In this document: piece by piece, positions 56,611-64,000 of the stretch | Numbering within the stretch: position 1 is the first letter of the stretch | How the letters are laid out: the number at the start of each line of letters is the position of its first letter | Assembly: GCA_963702895.1 (NCBI GenBank) | Contig: OY969767.1 | Span: 2,432,001-2,496,000, forward strand | Source of the DNA: an uncultured Elusimicrobia bacterium | Lineage (GTDB): Bacteria; Elusimicrobiota; Elusimicrobia; 2-01-FULL-59-12 | Direction of reading: 5' to 3' | DNA length: 64,000 bases | Position numbers and translations under genes: made by a program | Notes under the pieces: generated by a model | Database searches by the model: none | The model's input: the letters and a program-made list of their open reading frames with translations, nothing else | What the model was told of the DNA's origin: nothing

Positions 56611-57258
56611 ATGGCCATAGAGGTCCTTTATGAAGACGAGTCCCTCGTCGCTCTCGCCAAGCCTTCTGGGCAGCTCGTCATCCCGGGACGCGGCGTCGAG
56701 AACTCCGTGCCTCTGGTCCACGAGTTGGAACAACACCTGGGCAGGAAGGTGTATGTGGTGCATCGTCTTGATCGCGGCGCCAGCGGCCTTGTCCTTTTCG
56801 CCAAGGACGCGAAGACCCACCGCTGGCTGAGTCAGAAATTTGAGCACCGCGAAGTACGGAAGATTTATCTTGTCCTGGTGCAAGGAGAGATCCTCCAAGA
56901 CGGGCAGGTCGCGGCCTCTTTACGTTCCTTTGGGTCGGGGAGAATGGGCGTCGATGCGCGGGGCAAGCCTTCTGTGACCGACTACCGCGTCCAAGAAAGA
57001 CTTAAGACTTCGACGCTCCTCGAGGCGTCCCCCCATTCCGGGAGACGACATCAGATTCGCGTTCATCTCTATTCCATGGGACATCCCGTGATGGGGGATC
57101 CTCTCTACGGAAGGCCACGCCCGGTGGGCAACGCCGCCAGGCTGATGCTGCACGCTTGGAAAATCGAACTGGAGCGACCGGATGGCCGTTGGTTTAAAGC
57201 GGAAGCGGCGCTACCCGAAGATTTCGTTTCGATTTTAGAAGCGTCGCGAAATGCCTGA
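56611..57258 (+). CDS. RluA family RNA pseudouridine synthase
   Basis: KPSG, VHRLDRGASG, GRRHQIRVH, GDPLYG, LMLHA. Confidence 0.95.
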   Translation: MAIEVLYEDESLVALAKPSGQLVIPGRGVENSVPLVHELEQHLGRKVYVVHRLDRGASGLVLFAKDAKTHRWLSQKFEHREVRKIYLVLVQGEILQDGQVAASLRSFGSGRMGVDARGKPSVTDYRVQERLKTSTLLEASPHSGRRHQIRVHLYSMGHPVMGDPLYGRPRPVGNAARLMLHAWKIELERPDGRWFKAEAALPEDFVSILEASRNA

Positions 57259-57681
57259 TTATTTCTTACGCCAGCCGAAGAGCCCGGAGGATTTTTTAGC
57301 GTCGAACGACGCCGGCTCTTTTCCCAGAATCGTCAGAAGTTTCTTCTGCAGGGCGTGAATATCAAAGGGTTTCACAAGATAGTCCGTCGCGCCCGCGCTG
57401 AGAGCCTGCCGAATGACGACGGGGTCGGAGACCGCGCTCAGCATCAGCAGCGGCGTCCGATTGCCGCCAGCGCGCAGGCGTTTCGCGTAGTGGATGCCGT
57501 CTTCTTCCGGCAGCATGACATCCAGGATGATGACGTCCACGATCTGACGCGCCAGCACTTGTTCCGCTTCGCTGGTGCGCTTGGCGGAAAACACTTCGAA
57601 GAGCCCGGAATTCATCATCGCCACCGCCAAAAGCTGAAGCGATTCGTCGTCGTCAATAAAAAGGACTCGGGTTCTGGCCAT
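57259..57681 (-). CDS. Single-domain response regulator
   Basis: IDDD, LDVMLP, LSA, GATDYLVKPF. Confidence 0.9.
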   Translation of the reverse strand: MARTRVLFIDDDESLQLLAVAMMNSGLFEVFSAKRTSEAEQVLARQIVDVIILDVMLPEEDGIHYAKRLRAGGNRTPLLMLSAVSDPVVIRQALSAGATDYLVKPFDIHALQKKLLTILGKEPASFDAKKSSGLFGWRKK

Positions 57682-57839
57682 GATCAACTCTTCCGTCCTT
57701 TTATACTGAACAAGAAGAAGCCCTGCAAGCGTTATTTCGGTTCCGGCCCTTCGGCACCCGCCCTGCCGGCGCGGCCGCAGGCTCCTTGGCAGGCGCGGAT
57801 AGACAACCGAGCTGAAGAACTTATAAATTGATTCTTCTG

Positions 57840-58682
57840 ATGAAGATCCTGTGGGCCTCTTCGCTGGTGAGTCTGTTGATGTGGCCGTGCTTCTCGGCCG
57901 CCGCCGAATCCCTTTCTTCGGAGGCCGGCTTTTTTGCCAGCGGCAAGGAAGTCTTCCGTCCTCTGATGGCCGATCCACGCGAGGTTTCGCTGGCATTGCG
58001 GGTGGTGACGCCCGTCGGCCACCGCGCCCTCGGAGAAGTCTCCGCAGGAGATTATTTTGGCCTCTACCGCTGGGTCCTCCCCTGGAAAGATGCCTATCTC
58101 CAGTGGAGCGTGGCCGGCGGCTTTTTCGCCCGGTTTGACCTGGTCGCCGTCGAAAAGGACCTGCAGGTCCTGGACTTTACGGCCAGCATGCCCTTCGACC
58201 TGCGGGTCGGAAAATGGTGCATCAGGCTTCTTCCTTACCACCAGAGCTCCCATCTCGGCGATGATTACCTCGAGCGCACGGGCGAGAGTTTGACCAAGTA
58301 TTCCATGGACAGCTTCAAGACACTCGCCGCCTGGGAGCCCTCGGCGGCCTGGCGTCTTTATACGGGATACAACTTCACGATCCGCCACAACGAAGACATC
58401 TCCGGCGGCCAGATGCTCCAGGCGGGGTTCGAGTGGTCCTCCGCCTGGTGGTCCCATGAGCATGCTCAGCTCTATTGGGCCAACGACTTTCAGTCCTGGG
58501 AGAGAATCGGATGGAACCCCATCTTGAACACACAAGGGGGGGTGCGCTTCGCCCGCAGCCCCCAGGCACGGCAGCGCTTGGCCGTTTTTTTGGAATACGG
58601 CACTGGCCACCAAAGCTTTGGCCAATTCTACGAGAAAGAGGAATCGCACTGGGTCCTGGGCCTTCGCTTTGAATTCCTTTAA
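57840..58682 (+). CDS. DUF1207-like outer-membrane protein
   Basis: Signal peptide; FRPLMADPRE, HQSSHLGDD; C-terminal aromatic beta-strand. Confidence 0.75.
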   Translation: MKILWASSLVSLLMWPCFSAAAESLSSEAGFFASGKEVFRPLMADPREVSLALRVVTPVGHRALGEVSAGDYFGLYRWVLPWKDAYLQWSVAGGFFARFDLVAVEKDLQVLDFTASMPFDLRVGKWCIRLLPYHQSSHLGDDYLERTGESLTKYSMDSFKTLAAWEPSAAWRLYTGYNFTIRHNEDISGGQMLQAGFEWSSAWWSHEHAQLYWANDFQSWERIGWNPILNTQGGVRFARSPQARQRLAVFLEYGTGHQSFGQFYEKEESHWVLGLRFEFL

Positions 58683-58767
58683 GACGTTTTCGCCAAGAGC
58701 TTTTGCGGCCTCCTCGTCAGGGCGGGTCGTACGCGCAAGCCGGAAAATCTCGTAGAATGAAAGCCGC

Positions 58768-60102
58768 ATGAACAGCACCGCCACTTTTGGAGACAGCGTC
58801 ATCGCGGAAGCCGAAAAGCTCCGCGCTTCGGGTCTTGACGTCAACCAGATCGCGGGTGCCCTGTGCAAAAAGGACCCTTTGGGCCAGAACTATGGCATTG
58901 GCATTCTTCTCGGCCGCGACGGCAAGCCGTTGCCGAGTTCCCTCACGCTTCTCGAATACATCGAAAAAGAGCTGCGCGAAAGCGGCGCCGGCAACTATTT
59001 GAATTCGGCCGCTCTCCAGAATGAAGTGCTGGAGGCCGTGCTCCAGTGGCAGGGCGTGCCCGAAGCGCACTGGCCGCACTTCCAGATTCTTTTGCCTTCC
59101 GATGCCGGGACCGGCGCGGTCCAAACGGGAATTCAAGCGGCGTTGCTCGTGAGCGACAAGATCTCCACCTTGGCCATCGAAGAGCTGGGATGGCCCGCTT
59201 ACAAGGCGATCGCCGCCTCGCTGCGCCTGCGCGTCCAGGAATACAAGACGGATGGCATCGCTCAGGGCGAAGGGATCCTCCCCCTCTATCAGGCCGGACC
59301 CATGAACACGACGGGCCGCGTGCCGTCGCTGGAGATCGTCAAGGCGCGCGCCGCCTCGGCCCAATCAGCCGGCGTTCCGGTGGTGCTCGACCGCGCCTAT
59401 TCAGGGTTTGAGTACGCCCGCCGGATGCTAACAGACGTCCGACGTGCGACGTCCGACGCCTGGACAGATCACCCTCAGCAATCAGTGCCAGTAGGCTCTG
59501 CTTCCGAAGGGTGTGGGGACGTCGGACGTAGGACCTCGGACGGCCTCTACGCTGAAATTATGAAGGAGAGTTTCCGCACGCAAATTCTGCCGTTCATGGA
59601 AGCGGGGGTCCCTTTCGCAGCCGCGATCAGCCCGACCAAAGCTTTCGTGACCTTCTCGCTGCGCCCTTGCGGGATCCTGCTCATCTTCCACCCCGACAAG
59701 GCCAAGGCGCAAGCGCTCTCCCCCAAGCTCTCAGGTCTCATCCGCGCGCGCGGGTCTTCCTTTGAACACCCCGTCACACGCGCCTTCGTGAAAGCCCTCG
59801 TCAAGGACCGCGCGCGCCTGGAACATGAACATGTCGGAGCGCTCCAGCGCTGCGCCGAAGCCGAACTCGCCTGGCAAACTCATGTGAAGGGAACTGCAAT
59901 CGAGCCCTTGTTCACCGATGCCTACGCGGGTCTTTTCCGTAATCCTCTGGCGCGCCCGGACGCGGCGAAGGAACTCTATGGCGCGCACCTCTATCCCGTC
60001 TTCGCCGAAGGCCGGTGCCGTCTCAATGTCACCGGGTTGCCTGCGGATCCCAAACAGGCCTCTTCTCATGCAACCTATTTCGCGAAGTATTGTTATCTTT
60101 AG
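58768..60102 (+). CDS. Class I/II PLP-dependent aminotransferase-like protein with in-frame insertion
   Basis: NYGIG, AGTGA, WPAY, NTTG, LDRAYSGF, SPTKAF. Confidence 0.78.
   Translation: MNSTATFGDSVIAEAEKLRASGLDVNQIAGALCKKDPLGQNYGIGILLGRDGKPLPSSLTLLEYIEKELRESGAGNYLNSAALQNEVLEAVLQWQGVPEAHWPHFQILLPSDAGTGAVQTGIQAALLVSDKISTLAIEELGWPAYKAIAASLRLRVQEYKTDGIAQGEGILPLYQAGPMNTTGRVPSLEIVKARAASAQSAGVPVVLDRAYSGFEYARRMLTDVRRATSDAWTDHPQQSVPVGSASEGCGDVGRRTSDGLYAEIMKESFRTQILPFMEAGVPFAAAISPTKAFVTFSLRPCGILLIFHPDKAKAQALSPKLSGLIRARGSSFEHPVTRAFVKALVKDRARLEHEHVGALQRCAEAELAWQTHVKGTAIEPLFTDAYAGLFRNPLARPDAAKELYGAHLYPVFAEGRCRLNVTGLPADPKQASSHATYFAKYCYL
59436..59542. mobile_element. 107-bp MITE-like element with heptameric inverted ends, copy 2
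   Basis: cgtccgacgtgcgacgtccgacg ... ggacgtcggacgtaggacctcggacg. Confidence 0.8.
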
Positions 60103-60592
60103 CTTCTGTGGAGGGTTGACGCTCATGGGCATCTCGAAAGCCAAGGCGGCAGACTTAAAGGTCGGGGACGCGGCACCGCTTTTTACGGCTGCCTCCAGCG
60201 ATGGCACGCAAGTGACTCTCAAGTCTCTCATCGGCCAAGGACCCATCGTGCTCTATTTCTATCCCAAAGACGACACACCCGGCTGCACCAAGGAAGCCTG
60301 CGGCCTGCGGGACGATTTCGCGGCTTTTCGGAAGCTTTCGGTCACCGTCTTTGGCATCAGCTACGACACCATCGAATCACACAAAAAGTTCATCGAGAAA
60401 TATCATCTGCCGTTCGCGCTCCTGTCGGACCGGGATCGCTCCATCGCCAAAGCCTATGGCGCGGACGGCCTGCTCTTCCCCAAAAGGATGACCTTTGTGA
60501 TCGACAAGGCCGGCAAGATCGCCTGGATCAACCCGAAGGTCAGCCCCGCCACGCACAGCGCCGAACTGCAGAGCGCCCTCCGAAGTTTATAG
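60068..60592 (+). CDS. bcp: BCP/PrxQ-type peroxiredoxin with putative signal peptide
   Basis: YFYPKDDTPGCTKEAC, GIS.D, LLSD, RMTFVID. Confidence 0.92.
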   Translation: MQPISRSIVIFSFCGGLTLMGISKAKAADLKVGDAAPLFTAASSDGTQVTLKSLIGQGPIVLYFYPKDDTPGCTKEACGLRDDFAAFRKLSVTVFGISYDTIESHKKFIEKYHLPFALLSDRDRSIAKAYGADGLLFPKRMTFVIDKAGKIAWINPKVSPATHSAELQSALRSL

Positions 60593-60686
60593 CAAGCTGT
60601 TCCCCAAGCTGGATTGATTGAGGGCCGGGGCCTTGACTGCCTGCGGCGCCACCGGACAGAAGCCCTTGAGCTACAATAGCCTCGCT

Positions 60687-61244
60687 ATGGCGGAACAAGT
60701 CTGTCCCTATTGGGTTGGTTATCTTCTCATTAGCCCGCTCAGGCGCTGGGTGCATGATCCGGCGCGGCTTCTTGAGCGCTATGTCCAAGAAGGGATGACC
60801 GTTCTTGAGCCCGGGCCGGGGATGGGATTTTTTACGCTGGAGATGGCCCGGAGGGTCGGGCCTTCAGGACGTGTGATCGCCGTGGATCTCCAGCCGAAAA
60901 TGCTTGAGCGCTTGAAGTCGCGGGCCGCCACCGCAGGACTCCTTGGCCGCATCGATCTGCGGCTCTCTTCCGGCGTCAGCCTGGGCTTGAGGGACCTCCG
61001 GGACAAGGTCGATTTTACGCTCGCTTTTGCGGTCGTTCATGAACTTCCTGATGAAGGAAGCTTCTTCCGAGAAGTGGCGGAGGTCTCGAAATCCGGCGCG
61101 CGGCTCCTGGTCGCCGAGCCCCGCTGGCACGTCCGAAAGGCGAACTTTGATGCAGAGGAAGCATTTGCCGCACAAGCTGGATTTCAGGTGCTGGAGCGTC
61201 CGTCCATTCGGGGATCTCATTCGACCCTCTTTCAAAAGGAATGA
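60687..61244 (+). CDS. Class I SAM-dependent methyltransferase
   Basis: VLEPGPGMGFF, AVDLQPKML, VVHE, AEP. Confidence 0.9.
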   Translation: MAEQVCPYWVGYLLISPLRRWVHDPARLLERYVQEGMTVLEPGPGMGFFTLEMARRVGPSGRVIAVDLQPKMLERLKSRAATAGLLGRIDLRLSSGVSLGLRDLRDKVDFTLAFAVVHELPDEGSFFREVAEVSKSGARLLVAEPRWHVRKANFDAEEAFAAQAGFQVLERPSIRGSHSTLFQKE

Positions 61245-61266
61245 CCCTCGCGCAAGAGACACGCTT

Positions 61267-61827
61267 CTAGAAGAGCGGCGCTTCGTATTCTGGACTGTAG
61301 ATCGGACCTGCCGGGGTGAGTTCGCTACGAATAAGCAGAAGACGTTTCACAACCGTTTCCGGGCAGGGATCTTGGGGTGCCGGGAGGTTCTCAAGCATTT
61401 TAGGGGTCATCGGCGCTCGAGCGCGGGCGAGCGTCACATGGCCGTGAAAGGGGCGCTTTTCCGGCACAAATCCCAAACTGGCGAGTCTCGTTTGTAAATC
61501 CTTCGACAGGGCATGAAGCTCCTGCTGCCCGCTCTCAACTCCAAGCCATAACACACCGCCTCGCGGCCCGCCAAAAGTGCCCAGTGGCCCGAGGGACAGC
61601 CGAAAGGACTTCGCAGAGGCTGCCGTGTCCTTGATCGCAGAGGTAAGCCCAGGGATTTTTGCCTCGGAACATTCCCCCAGGAATTGAAGCGTGATGTGCC
61701 ACTGATCGGGAGAGGTCCAGCGCAAGGAGATGCCTTTTCTGGCGCAGACGGCCTGAAGCGGAGACCGGAAGGTCTTGATCCAGTCCACCACGAGCTCCGA
61801 AAGTTCGACCGCAATGAAGAGCCTCAT
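61267..61827 (-). CDS. thpR: RNA 2',3'-cyclic phosphodiesterase (2H phosphoesterase)
   Basis: MRLFIAV, HITLQFLG, HVTLAR, S.L...GPIY. Confidence 0.93.
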   Translation of the reverse strand: MRLFIAVELSELVVDWIKTFRSPLQAVCARKGISLRWTSPDQWHITLQFLGECSEAKIPGLTSAIKDTAASAKSFRLSLGPLGTFGGPRGGVLWLGVESGQQELHALSKDLQTRLASLGFVPEKRPFHGHVTLARARAPMTPKMLENLPAPQDPCPETVVKRLLLIRSELTPAGPIYSPEYEAPLF

Positions 61828-63239
61828 CGGCTGCCTTTGAGACGACTGAAATGGTCCAAAGCTCGCGCGCGGGCAAATCCATGGTCAATCACTGGCGCTG
61901 GGTAGGTGGTGCCGATCCGCACGCCCGCGCGCTCAAGGATGGCGGCGGGCGCTTGCCAGGGCTTGTGGATCCACGCATCAGGCAGTGCTTGGAGCTCCGG
62001 CACCCAGCGTCGGACGTAAGCGCCCGCCGCGTCAAAGCGTTCGCCTTGCATGATGGGGTTGAAGACGCGGAAGTAGGGCGCGGCGTCCGCCCCGCAGCCG
62101 CCGGCCCACTGCCAGTTGAAACTGTTGCTGGCCAGGTCCGCGTCGACGAGCGTCTCCCAGAACCAGAGCGCGCCTTCTTTCCAGGATGCGAGAAGGTCTT
62201 TCACAAGAAAAGACGCCACCACCATCCTCACGCGGTTGTGCATCCAGCCCGTGCTCCAAAGCTCGCGCATGCCGGCATCCACAATCGGGTAACCCGTTCG
62301 ACCCTCCTTCCATGCCTGGAGGTGCGGGCTCTCGAGCCATCGGAAGCGGCGAAACTCGGGCCGGAGCGGCTCGTCTTGGGTTTCCGGAAAATGAAAAAGA
62401 ATGGTGCGGGCAAAATCCCGCCAGCCGATTTCTTTGCGGTAGATAAAACCGGGCGCTTCATGCCACACCTCGCGCGCGGAGATCTCCCCAAAGTGCAGAT
62501 GCGCGGACAACCGCGAGGTCCCATCCCGATCCGGGAGATCACGTCCCCGGGGATAATCCTCAAGAGCCTTCGCCACAAACCGCTTCAGTTGCCGACGTGC
62601 GCTTGCTTCACCCGGAGTCCAATAACGCGTGAACGCTTGCGCCCAATCACTCTTGGGAAGGAGCCCCAAAGAGGCGAGAGCATCGCCGCAAGGCGCTCTC
62701 GCGCTCGCTTGGAGATGCTTGGGAGCCGGGAGCGGCTTGGGGGGCGGTGGAAGCTCGAGGCAATGGTTCCAATAGGGCGTAAACACCTGAAAGGGCTTCT
62801 GGGCTTGGTTCAACACATCAGACGGCTCAAAGAGAACGTCTCCCGGGAAGGTTTGGACGGCAATCCCCTTAGCCTGAAGGAGCCGTTCGAGTTCGGCATC
62901 GCGCCGGCGCAAGGCGGGCTCGTAGCGACGGTTCCAGTAAACGCTCGTGGCGCCCGCGGCCTGTGCGATGCTGAGGAGCGCCGCAGCCGAATTCCGCGCC
63001 TTACGCAGCACGAGCGGCAGGCCGCGGGCGGAAAGATCCTGCTTGAGCGCCACAAGCGAGTGGTGCAGCCACCAACGGCTTGCCGCTCCGGGCGCCCAGG
63101 GGGCCTCTTCCCCGGGGCACCAAAGAAAGACCGGAAGCACCGCGCCCCGTGCTGCGGCAGCGCGCAGCGCCGGGTGATCGCGCAGGCGCAAGTCCCGGTG
63201 GAACCAGACGATGGTCGTGGGTGTCTGACGTGTTGGCAT
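61824..63239 (-). CDS. phrB: Deoxyribodipyrimidine photolyase (class I/III CPD type)
   Basis: WFHRDLRL.D, TSRLS.HLHFGEIS, GRTGYPIVDAGMREL..TGWMHNRVRM, WQW.GG.G.DAAPYFRVFNP. Confidence 0.96.
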   Translation of the reverse strand: MPTRQTPTTIVWFHRDLRLRDHPALRAAAARGAVLPVFLWCPGEEAPWAPGAASRWWLHHSLVALKQDLSARGLPLVLRKARNSAAALLSIAQAAGATSVYWNRRYEPALRRRDAELERLLQAKGIAVQTFPGDVLFEPSDVLNQAQKPFQVFTPYWNHCLELPPPPKPLPAPKHLQASARAPCGDALASLGLLPKSDWAQAFTRYWTPGEASARRQLKRFVAKALEDYPRGRDLPDRDGTSRLSAHLHFGEISAREVWHEAPGFIYRKEIGWRDFARTILFHFPETQDEPLRPEFRRFRWLESPHLQAWKEGRTGYPIVDAGMRELWSTGWMHNRVRMVVASFLVKDLLASWKEGALWFWETLVDADLASNSFNWQWAGGCGADAAPYFRVFNPIMQGERFDAAGAYVRRWVPELQALPDAWIHKPWQAPAAILERAGVRIGTTYPAPVIDHGFARARALDHFSRLKGSR

Positions 63240-63270
63240 GCGCTATTTTACTCTGCTTAGTGGCGAGGAT

Positions 63271-64000
63271 CACTCGTGTCCGGTTAAAAATGCGAAATCC
63301 CCCTGGTTCGGTAGAATGATTGCGACCAAGCAAACCATTCTGTCCGAGGGAGGATTTCGCTCATGCATTCTAACACCATAATGAACCAACTGCTTCTCCT
63401 TTTACCACGACATCAGTTCGACCAAGCCGTTTCTGGCTTCGGCGGCGACGCCTACGTTAAAAAATTCTCGACTTGGAACCAGCTCACGACACTCCTCTAT
63501 GCTCAGGCCAGCGGTAAAACAAGCCTGCGTGACATCCAGACGGCTTTAGGCACGCAACAACCCAAGCTCTATCACTTGGGGCTGCCGCCAGTGAAACGTT
63601 CTACCCTGGCTGACGCTAACGCTGGGCGCGACTGGCGCATCATGGAAAAGCTCTTCTATCACCTGCTGGATCGGTGCCAAGCCATCGCGCCTAAGCATCA
63701 GTTCCGTTTTAAACACAAAGTGACCTGCTTCGATTCCACGAACATGGAACTGTGCCTGAACCTTTTCCCTTGGGCCACCTTTAAACAGGCCAAAGGAGCG
63801 ATCAAACTGCATTGCCAACTGGACTTGCGTGGCCAAATCCCTTCCTTTGCCGTCATCACCGATGGAAAGTGCTTCGACCATGCCGCCAAACGTCTTTTTC
63901 CCTTAGAACCGGACAGCATCTATGTCTTCGACCGCGGCTACATGGATTACGGCTGGTACCGTCAGATCGACGATCTCGGCTCTTTCTTCGTCACCCGTGC
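63271..64000 (+). mobile_element. IS4-family insertion sequence, truncated by the window edge
   Basis: Candidate left end CACTCGTGTCCGGTTAA at 63271 followed by the transposase ORF. Confidence 0.8.
63363..64000 (+). CDS. IS4 family transposase (DUF4372-type N-terminus), partial
   Basis: Manual translation: MHSNTIMNQLL..., AQ...SLRDI, LYHLG, RSTLADAN, FDST, FPWA, KLH, FDRGY, FFVTR; GGAGG RBS. Confidence 0.93.
   Translation, partial: MHSNTIMNQLLLLLPRHQFDQAVSGFGGDAYVKKFSTWNQLTTLLYAQASGKTSLRDIQTALGTQQPKLYHLGLPPVKRSTLADANAGRDWRIMEKLFYHLLDRCQAIAPKHQFRFKHKVTCFDSTNMELCLNLFPWATFKQAKGAIKLHCQLDLRGQIPSFAVITDGKCFDHAAKRLFPLEPDSIYVFDRGYMDYGWYRQIDDLGSFFVTR

Overview
Gene-dense chromosomal segment of a GC-rich diderm bacterium (LPS-type glycosyltransferase and outer-membrane genes; taxonomy cannot be fixed from this window). 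Most of it is housekeeping: hemE-hemH-hemY, an AhbD-like radical SAM enzyme, hemL, trpB2, gltX, tRNA-Gln(CTG), metH, hisG, pabB/pabC-like, msrA, photolyase, glycosyltransferases and a truncated IS4 at the right edge. The unusual content is small-scale DNA architecture. (1) tRNA-Gln is followed by five 82-bp copies plus one degenerate copy of its own 3' end, each with a 44-bp double hairpin in the T-loop. (2) The same double-hairpin design (target triplet / hairpin / inverted triplet / hairpin / triplet, with a shared CANAC-NN-C-N-G core in each hairpin) recurs at two unrelated loci, one in frame inside metH. (3) At least three families of short palindromic elements have inserted in frame into metH (three times), hemY, hemH, a nucleotidyltransferase and two aminotransferases; two of these are diverged copies of an exactly 107-bp element. 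(4) A 344-aa LAGLIDADG intein sits in the GPxTGxMG loop of a divergent PurD-like ATP-grasp enzyme. Also present: a candidate inositol/aminocyclitol-lipid operon, a small duplicated basic protein resembling archaeal chromatin proteins, and a degenerate HD-GYP protein. All family calls are from motif recognition by eye; no database search was run.
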